This document shows, piece by piece, positions 18,017 to 25,359 of a stretch of DNA of 40,494 nucleotides. Positions within the stretch are counted from its first letter, which is position 1, and every line of letters begins with the position of its first letter. Below the pieces are notes generated by a model, which saw only the letters and a program-made list of their open reading frames with translations, made no database searches and was not told the origin of the DNA. Origin of the DNA: an uncultured Propionivibrio sp. (GTDB taxonomy: Bacteria > Pseudomonadota > Gammaproteobacteria > Burkholderiales > Rhodocyclaceae); NCBI GenBank assembly GCA_964499185.1, contig CAZCJW010000002.1, positions 1 through 40,494 of the forward strand. The letters run 5' to 3'. Both the position numbers and the translations under genes were made by a program.

Positions 18017-18985
18017 TCATCGGACGATCTCGGCAAGTCTGAGCAGCTTGCTCTCGAAGGTGATGCCCAGGCGCATCGCAATCGGCATGTTGATGTAAAG
18101 CTTGCCGCCTGTGTTTTCCGTAATCGGTATGTCAGTGGGTCGTTCACCTCGGAGAATGCGCAGGGCCATGCCCGAAGCCAGCAGGCCCTGTTCCTTGAGA
18201 ATCTGGCTCAAGGTAAGCAAGCTGTAAGGAGCAACCCACGGTACCATTGCCCCGCTCGGAATACTGGCGTTCTCTGCAACAAAAGTTTTCGCCTCGGCGT
18301 CGTCCCATCCCGAGATTCCCGCCGGACTGAGCATGACGACGAGATCCACCTCTTTCTGCAGCTTGCGGTAGGCCGCCTTGAACTCGGCGAATGACTTGAC
18401 GAAATAGCCGGCGGAATACGACAGTCCGAAGAGCTTCTTGTGGAACTCGATATTCTTGCGCTCGGAAATGTTGTCGGCGGCAAGAAAACCCATGCGCTCA
18501 CCACGTGCATACACCTTGAGCAAGCGCAGCATCTGCGGCACCAGTTCGACCTCCTTGACGCCAGTGACATTGCGGTAGGGAAAGCCATAGACCGACGCAT
18601 CCCAGTTCACGCCGCAGAACACGATCGGCAGATCGACATCGCGATAGTACGGCTGGATCAGGTACTTGGCCGCGGCATCGTCGCTTGCGATCACGAGATC
18701 GGGGCGCAGCGCTTCGATTTTCGCCTTGACGCGGAGCGCGGCCTCCCTGGCGAACGATTCGGTAGGGTTGCGCTTGGTGTCCATGTATATCAAGGTCATT
18801 TCGACGCCGCTCCCCTGGAATCCTTCCCGGGCCCCAGCCACCACATCGTCGGCACCGGCCAGTCCGTCGTGATACGAACTGACAAACAACACCTTCTTCC
18901 GCGCCAGAGACTCCGCCGCGTCCAGCGGGATAGCCGATAGTGTCGCCAGTGTTGCTATCGCCATCAGTATCAATCTAATCATCAC
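18017..18985 (-). CDS. Periplasmic ABC-type substrate-binding-like protein
   Basis: Signal peptide; VLFVSSYH, YMDTKR, PDLVIASDD.A, PIVFCGVN, NVTGV.E, EQG..A..MA.RILRG..P.DIPI. Confidence 0.85.
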   Translation of the reverse strand: MMIRLILMAIATLATLSAIPLDAAESLARKKVLFVSSYHDGLAGADDVVAGAREGFQGSGVEMTLIYMDTKRNPTESFAREAALRVKAKIEALRPDLVIASDDAAAKYLIQPYYRDVDLPIVFCGVNWDASVYGFPYRNVTGVKEVELVPQMLRLLKVYARGERMGFLAADNISERKNIEFHKKLFGLSYSAGYFVKSFAEFKAAYRKLQKEVDLVVMLSPAGISGWDDAEAKTFVAENASIPSGAMVPWVAPYSLLTLSQILKEQGLLASGMALRILRGERPTDIPITENTGGKLYINMPIAMRLGITFESKLLRLAEIVR

Positions 18986-19006
18986 TGGATCCTCATCTCA
19001 TGGCCA

Positions 19007-19145
19007 CTATTGATACGGCACCATGATGCTTGAACTCATCACCCCGGCGAAGGCCGGGGCCCACTCGGCGATTACTCTCCGACACTGGATGCCGGCCTTC
19101 ACCGGCATGACGGTTACTTTCAACTTCATCGGGCCGGAGCAATAG
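19007..19145 (+). mobile_element. 139-bp MITE-like palindromic element
   Basis: CTATTG...CAATAG ends, same length and high identity to 2401-2539. Confidence 0.85.
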
Positions 19146-19387
19146 GGAAAACGCTGACTCGCTCATGGCACCTTCCTTTACCGCCCGGTTGAATCCTGCC
19201 CCCTGTCGTCCTGTAGGACAGGGTTGTGTAAGAGGATATTCACACGTCGATCTTCATTTGTAAATAAACCGTCTCTTCCAATCGTAGTCCTGGCATCCAA
19301 TGTCGGACAACGCTTGCATCCAACGATTCGAAGAATACGGGCTTCCATGCCCGGAAAGCTTCACGAAGTTCGCCGCACTGGTTTATT

Positions 19388-21340
19388 TCACAGAGCTCCA
19401 ACGCAGGATCTGACCATGACGCAGGCGCAATCGCCGTGAACGGCAGTGGCCGGCAGCCGGGCCTGCGCAATGGCCAGATCCAGTTCCGTTCCGTCGCTAC
19501 GTTTTCCTTTTACGCCGGTTCGCCAGCATCCTGACGTTTCCGCTGGAAGGCATTCGCGCTCGTGCATTTCCGGAATCAGGTCCGCCACACCCAGCGCGCG
19601 CATCGCTTCATCGGTATAGCCGAACAGCGCGTTGGCAGCCGGATTGGAAAGCAACACCCGTCCCCCGGCGCCGATCACCAAAAGGCCGTCCGGCGCCCCA
19701 TCAATAACGCTGTGATACCAGTTCTCGGTTTCCTTGCCGCTTTGCTGCAATCTCTTGTATTCCTCGGCCTTGGTAAAGGCTTGGACCGCGTTGTGGGCGG
19801 AAAGCCGCTCGGCCAGGAGTATCTCCAGGTTCATGCTCAACACGGGCAGGAGTCCCTCGACCAGCAGCCGACTAGCGTCGAACTGCTTGTCCAGTGACGC
19901 GATCTCGAGCACACCGATCAGGATCTGGTTGCTCTTTAGGGGAAACAGCAGCAACGTGCCAGGCGCAGTCTCCCCAAGTCCAGAGGAGACACGCCAGAAG
20001 CCGGGGGGCACGTTTGAAAACGCGAGCGCCTGGCCGTCCCTTACACACTGGCCGAGCAGTCCATCATCGATGCCGACCCGATCGGGCACCTCTCCGGTTC
20101 CATAGCCACCAGCCAGACACAGGGCAGAGCGGTCGTCGCCGACGCTATCGATGAAATACAGCGTTCCCTGATGCAGCGGAACCAGTGTCGCCAGTTGCCT
20201 GAAAAACAGCGCCGCCAGTGCGGCCGGATCACGCGCCTGCTGCAGGCCGATGGTGATCTCGGACAGTTGTAGCTTCTGGCGCGCCGCTGCGGCCAGTTCC
20301 TCCGCTACGGCCTCGGCCTTGGCCACGGCATCACGGCGAGCCGCCTCATAATGGATGGCGCGCCGGAACAGTTCCATCAACGCCAGCGCCAACAATGTGA
20401 CAACGGTTCCGACGATGGCGCGCTGCTTGAGCGAGACGGCAGCCCGCAAATCACCAAAGACCACGACGGCCCAGTCACCGGAGGGATCGTTCCAGCGCAC
20501 GGGTGCCATGGCTCTGGCGTAGCGCGCGCCGCCGAATTCGACGATGTTCCGGCCAATATCGAATGGCAGCATCTCCGGCGGCGCCGCACTGGGAATCGCG
20601 TTACCGAACTGGCGCAGGCGACGGAGAACATCCAACTGCTCCGCGTCCATTTTTTGGGTTAGACGGAACAACCATTTCGTGTCTGTGGCGGCAAACACAA
20701 CGCCATGCGGCGACAGCAGCAGCGCCGGGTGCCCGCCCAGGCCGATCTGGTAGTCAAGATAGTCTGCCGGCGTCTCCACCACCACTGCACCGATTAGCTC
20801 ACTGACGGGCGTGGTGCCGGCACGGGCCGGAGCGGCAATGAACAGCTTGCGCTCGATCGCCTGCGTCTCAATAGCAGGATAGACGATCAAGTTACCCCTG
20901 ATCGCCTGATGCCAATAGAGGCGATAGGAAATGTTGGTCCCGGTCATCCGGGTGAACGGTGTTTCGTGTGCCACCACGTCGCCCAGGTTATTGAAGACGA
21001 AGACCCCATCGGCATTTAGCATCAGACGCACCGCGCGCAAGCGGCGCAGGGCGTCCGGATCGTCCTGGCTGCGCTTGCCCAGCGCGACGTCCTTCAACTC
21101 CGGTTCATTGAGTCCGAGCAGAAGAGCAGACCCCATGGCCAGCCCATGCATCGTCTCGGCTTCAAGGTTGCTTGCCGCGAACCAAGCCTGGTCGTTGAAA
21201 CGCACGCGATAGTCTTCCTCCATGCTCCAGTGGTAAATCTCGCTCACGGCAATGCCCATGACTGAGGCCACGAGCAATGCCAGCAGGTAGGACTCGCGGA
21301 CACGGGTCAGGCGAAGGAGCCAATCGTAAAGGAGTCTCAT
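19388..21340 (-). CDS. Membrane sensor (dCache/DctB-like-TM-GAF-PAS) without output domain
   Basis: ATG 21340, 2 nt after upstream stop; two TMs; G.NISYR.YW.QA..G and GVVFAAT...WLF DctB-like motifs; GAF (GLLGQC, SGLGETAP); single PAS then stop. Confidence 0.85.
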   Translation of the reverse strand: MRLLYDWLLRLTRVRESYLLALLVASVMGIAVSEIYHWSMEEDYRVRFNDQAWFAASNLEAETMHGLAMGSALLLGLNEPELKDVALGKRSQDDPDALRRLRAVRLMLNADGVFVFNNLGDVVAHETPFTRMTGTNISYRLYWHQAIRGNLIVYPAIETQAIERKLFIAAPARAGTTPVSELIGAVVVETPADYLDYQIGLGGHPALLLSPHGVVFAATDTKWLFRLTQKMDAEQLDVLRRLRQFGNAIPSAAPPEMLPFDIGRNIVEFGGARYARAMAPVRWNDPSGDWAVVVFGDLRAAVSLKQRAIVGTVVTLLALALMELFRRAIHYEAARRDAVAKAEAVAEELAAAARQKLQLSEITIGLQQARDPAALAALFFRQLATLVPLHQGTLYFIDSVGDDRSALCLAGGYGTGEVPDRVGIDDGLLGQCVRDGQALAFSNVPPGFWRVSSGLGETAPGTLLLFPLKSNQILIGVLEIASLDKQFDASRLLVEGLLPVLSMNLEILLAERLSAHNAVQAFTKAEEYKRLQQSGKETENWYHSVIDGAPDGLLVIGAGGRVLLSNPAANALFGYTDEAMRALGVADLIPEMHERECLPAETSGCWRTGVKGKRSDGTELDLAIAQARLPATAVHGDCACVMVRSCVGAL

Positions 21341-21342
21341 GG

Positions 21343-24300
21343 TCAGACCTCCAGTCCCCGTGAAGAAGCCGCCGCCTTCAGTGCGTCGAATGCAGCCTCG
21401 AAATCGAACTGGCGAACGCCCTGCTCGATCGGACGCCACTGTTGCGGGAATGCTGCCCGGAACGTTTCCGCGTGTTGATCCCAGAACTCCGTGGCGGTCG
21501 AATCGCCGTCGGCCAGCAGACGGGCCAACCTGGCCAGTTCGGGCTTCAGCGCGGCTTCTTCAACATTCGGGCCGGCGGCTTCCACCTCGCCATGAACAGG
21601 GGTTTCCGGCGGCAACCACGCGCTGATCGCAGTGATCAGGGCTTCCAGCTGGGCTGCCGGCGCTTCAATCAAACGCTCGATTACCTCGCGCGACTGCTTG
21701 TTCCTGAGCGCCGACTCCAGCGCCGCCGCCTCAACGGGCAGCAAGGTCGCGCCGATATTGCCGGCATTGCCCTTGAGCGTATGCGCCAGACGTTCGGCCG
21801 CCAGCCAGTCATCGTTGTCAAGCGCATCGGCGATCTCGCCGATTGCGGTGCGTTGCCCGTCCACGAAATGGCGCAGCATGGACACGTAAAGCGAGTGCTT
21901 TCCGTTGGCATGGCGCAGCCCGAGTTCGGCATCCAAACCGTCGATATCGTGCGGCAGCCCCCCTGCCTCCCCAGCAGAAGGCGCTGGCGCCTCAATGGGC
22001 AGATCCGCCGGTTGGAATGTTCCCGGCTTGATCCACTTGAGCAGGACGCGCGACAGCGCATCCGGGTCGATCGGCTTGGCCACATAATCGTTCATGCCTG
22101 CAGCCAGGCAACGTTCCCGATCCTGCTCCATGGCATTGGCCGTCATCGCCACCACAGGCAGGGCCGCAAACTGCGGCTGCTTGCGAAGCTCGACAGTCGC
22201 TGAAAGACCGTCGAGAACCGGCATCTGCATATCCATGAGGACCGCCGCATAGTGATTGGCAGCGTGTTGCCGCAAGGCATCGAGCGCAACCTGGCCGTTC
22301 TCCGCGACATCGACGGCGAATCCAGCATCGCGCAACAGTTCGACCGCGACCTCCTGGTTCATCTCGTTGTCTTCGGCAAGCAGCAACCGTGCACCGGCAA
22401 TCGCCGAAAGATCGACAGGCTTTTCCCTTTCCCCCTCCGCAGTGGGTGTTGCCATTTCGTCCGACTGTGCTCCAAGCGCGCGCATCGCAGCATCGAACAG
22501 GACCGACGGATTGACCGGCTTGATCAGCACATCGTCAAAACCCGCCGCTCGGGCACCGGAGATCACTTCCTCGCGCCCATACGCGGTCACCATAATGAGG
22601 TGTGGCGGGGTATTCAGGTCAAGACCGCGGATTTTCCCGCCGGTCTGGGTGCCGTCGAGCTCCGGCATCTGCCAGTCGAGAAAGACGATATCGTAGGGAC
22701 GTCCGGCCTCCGCCGCCTCGCGCACCGCGTCGATGGCCCGTCTGCCGTTATTCACGGCATCGACCACGAAACTCATCCCGGAAAGCATGCCGGAAAGCAC
22801 TGTGCAGGCGTGCTCGTTGTCATCGACGACGAGCATGCGCCGGCCACGCAGATCGGACTTGGGTATCAGTTTGCGTTTCTGGCTCGTGCTTTTCTGCAGT
22901 CGAACCGTAAACCAGAAGGTCGACCCCTTGCCGAGTTCTGAATCGACGCCGACGCCCCCGCCCATCAGTTCGGCCAGCGTCTTGGAGATGGCCAGCCCCA
23001 GCCCAGTGCCGCCGTACCTGCGCGTCGTCGAGGTATCCGCCTGGGTGAAGCTCTGGAACATCCTCTCCTTCTGCTCCGGTGCCAGGCCGATGCCGGTATC
23101 CCGGACTTCGAAGCGCAAGACGATATCCTGCAGGCTCTCCTCGATCTTCTCCACCTTGATGGCGACTTCGCCTCTTTCGGTGAATTTGACGGCGTTGTTG
23201 CAATAGTTGATCAGGATCTGCCCTAGGCGCAACGGGTCGCCGACCAGGGTTTCGGGCACGTCGGGCGCCACTTCGTTGATCAGTTCCAGCCCCTTCGCCG
23301 CGGCCTTTTCCGCAACCAGTACGGCCACGTTGTCGAGCACCCGGCCCAGTTCGAAATCCGTCGATTCGATCTTCAGCTTTCCGGCTTCGATCTTCGAGAA
23401 GTCCAGGATGTCATTGATGATTCCCAGCAGATGCTGGCCCGACTGCTGGATCTTGCGAATGTAGTCGGCCTGCCGGGGATTCAGTCCGGTCTTCAGTGCC
23501 AGATGGGCCATGCCGATGATGGCGTTCATCGGAGTGCGAATCTCGTGGCTCATGTTGGCCAGGAAATCGCTCTTGGTGCGCGCTGCATCCTCGGCAATCT
23601 GCCGGGCTTCGCGCATGGCATCAGCCGTCTTGCGCTCGTCCGTGATGTCCTCGACAGTCCATACCACCCCGCGCGAGAGATCACCAGGATCGATCGCCCG
23701 CCCGTTGAGCCGGGACCAGAAGATGGAGCCGTCCGCGCGCTGCATTTGCACCTCATGACGTACCGCATCACCCTGCCGGAGTCGCTCGTAGACCTTGCCC
23801 ATGTCGAAGGAAGTCTGCTCATCGGCATACCAGTCCCGTGTGGATTGGCCGATCAGGCTGTCCGGCGAACGGCCGAAGATCCTGCCGAGCTGTGCATTGC
23901 ATTTCTGCAGGATGCGGTCGCGCATCACGGCAATGCCGCTCGACACCGACTCGAATATGGCATTCTGCTCGTCCAGCAGTGCCGCTACCGAGTTGCGCTG
24001 CTCCTCGATCGCAACGGTCTGCTCCTGCAACTGGGCGGCTTGCTCTTCCATGCGCTCGGCCTGCTGCTGGGTTTTCTCCAGCAGACGTTGCGTCCTGACG
24101 TTGCGCTCCAGAATTTGCAGATTCATGCCGACGACCGGCATCAGCCCCTCCAGCAGATCGCGCTCACGCTTCTCGAACGGCTTGAAACAGGCCAGTTCCA
24201 GGACGGCCAGAACACGCTGACCGCTGAGCACCGGCAAAACCATGATGGCGAGAGGCGCCGCCTCGCCAAGGCTGGCGTGGATGCGCACATAGTCGGGCGG

Positions 24301-25359
24301 CGGCCGGGTAATGATGATCGGCGCCATTTCCAGTGCGCACTGGCCGACCAGGCCTTCTCCCAGTTCAAAGGTTTGCGCCAGACTCTTGCGTTCGTTGTAG
24401 GCATAGTGAGCCAGCATGCGCAGCAGGCGGCGCTCTTCGTCGTAGATGTAGAAAACGCCGTGTCCGGCGCCAACCAGCGGCGCCACTTCGGCGAGAAAAA
24501 CCTGGGCCAGCTCACTGAAGCTGCTGGCTGCCTGCAAGCGTCCAGCGATACTCGCCTGCCCGGTTTTCACCCATTGCTCGTTGGCCATGTCCATGCCCGT
24601 CTGGCGATACGCGGCGAACGACCTTGCCAACTCTCCGATTTCGGTGGTGTCGTCAAGGTATCCTAGGGGCCGTGTGTTCTTTTCGTCGTTGAACGAACGA
24701 ATCTGGGCGTTCAGTTCAGCCAGCGGACGAAACACGCGACGGCGGTAGAAGACACCGAGAATACCCACCATCAACAACACGTTAAACGACGTCAGGCCAA
24801 GACCTGTCCACCAGGCCAGGCGCAGTCGCGTATCCGCCAGCGCTACTTCGTCCTCCAGGCGATGGGCCAGCTGCTTGCGAAACTGTTCGACCGGCAGATA
24901 GATTCCCTGGAGAGCACGGCTGTAATCCGCGCCAAAAACCAGCTCAACGGCCCCCGCCCGGTTCCCGCGCCGGCCTTCACCGAAAGCCTGCTCCTCGACC
25001 TCGATCAGCCGATCCGAATTGCGCTTGGCCGTCTCGATCAGCACAATCTCCTGCGGTTGCAGGCCCATGTTGCGCAGTTCGGCTTCGGCCTTGTCGCGGT
25101 TGCGCAACACCCTGACCTCATGCCAATACTCGTTTTCATAGCGTGCTTCGCCTGTCGCTGCATACGCGCGAACGCTGGCGGTCAGTCGTTTCGAAGCGTC
25201 GATCATGACGTCCGCCTGCTGACTGGCCCGTTCCTGCCGTTGCCGCGCGAACTGCTGCTTGTCACGCAAGGTGTCGACGACGACAAAACTGGCCAGGTTG
25301 AGCAGCATCAGCACGAGATAGACACTGATCGATAGGCGGTTAACCGATTGCAGTCTCAT
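21343..25359 (-). CDS. Unorthodox hybrid histidine kinase: helical periplasmic sensor-HAMP-GAF-PAS-HisKA-HATPase-REC-REC-Hpt
   Basis: [34 protein letters not shown], two intact receivers (LDWQMP, MDMQMP), Hpt AHTLKGNAGNIGA. Confidence 0.96.
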   Translation of the reverse strand: MRLQSVNRLSISVYLVLMLLNLASFVVVDTLRDKQQFARQRQERASQQADVMIDASKRLTASVRAYAATGEARYENEYWHEVRVLRNRDKAEAELRNMGLQPQEIVLIETAKRNSDRLIEVEEQAFGEGRRGNRAGAVELVFGADYSRALQGIYLPVEQFRKQLAHRLEDEVALADTRLRLAWWTGLGLTSFNVLLMVGILGVFYRRRVFRPLAELNAQIRSFNDEKNTRPLGYLDDTTEIGELARSFAAYRQTGMDMANEQWVKTGQASIAGRLQAASSFSELAQVFLAEVAPLVGAGHGVFYIYDEERRLLRMLAHYAYNERKSLAQTFELGEGLVGQCALEMAPIIITRPPPDYVRIHASLGEAAPLAIMVLPVLSGQRVLAVLELACFKPFEKRERDLLEGLMPVVGMNLQILERNVRTQRLLEKTQQQAERMEEQAAQLQEQTVAIEEQRNSVAALLDEQNAIFESVSSGIAVMRDRILQKCNAQLGRIFGRSPDSLIGQSTRDWYADEQTSFDMGKVYERLRQGDAVRHEVQMQRADGSIFWSRLNGRAIDPGDLSRGVVWTVEDITDERKTADAMREARQIAEDAARTKSDFLANMSHEIRTPMNAIIGMAHLALKTGLNPRQADYIRKIQQSGQHLLGIINDILDFSKIEAGKLKIESTDFELGRVLDNVAVLVAEKAAAKGLELINEVAPDVPETLVGDPLRLGQILINYCNNAVKFTERGEVAIKVEKIEESLQDIVLRFEVRDTGIGLAPEQKERMFQSFTQADTSTTRRYGGTGLGLAISKTLAELMGGGVGVDSELGKGSTFWFTVRLQKSTSQKRKLIPKSDLRGRRMLVVDDNEHACTVLSGMLSGMSFVVDAVNNGRRAIDAVREAAEAGRPYDIVFLDWQMPELDGTQTGGKIRGLDLNTPPHLIMVTAYGREEVISGARAAGFDDVLIKPVNPSVLFDAAMRALGAQSDEMATPTAEGEREKPVDLSAIAGARLLLAEDNEMNQEVAVELLRDAGFAVDVAENGQVALDALRQHAANHYAAVLMDMQMPVLDGLSATVELRKQPQFAALPVVAMTANAMEQDRERCLAAGMNDYVAKPIDPDALSRVLLKWIKPGTFQPADLPIEAPAPSAGEAGGLPHDIDGLDAELGLRHANGKHSLYVSMLRHFVDGQRTAIGEIADALDNDDWLAAERLAHTLKGNAGNIGATLLPVEAAALESALRNKQSREVIERLIEAPAAQLEALITAISAWLPPETPVHGEVEAAGPNVEEAALKPELARLARLLADGDSTATEFWDQHAETFRAAFPQQWRPIEQGVRQFDFEAAFDALKAAASSRGLEV

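Noticed and set aside
19146-19387. Frameshifted kinase continuation of the output-less sensor, or a c-di-GMP riboswitch
   Set aside because: The alternative-frame ORF (19240-19470) has no HisKA/GGDEF motif and I saw no GEMM-type motif; only a small ccctgtc...gacaggg hairpin at 19201-19223.
23431-24666. Long antisense ORFs (also 7592-8569, 13556-14476, 15627-16574, 36014-37087, 38496-39698)
   Set aside because: Typical shadow frames of GC-rich coding sequence opposite well-supported genes.
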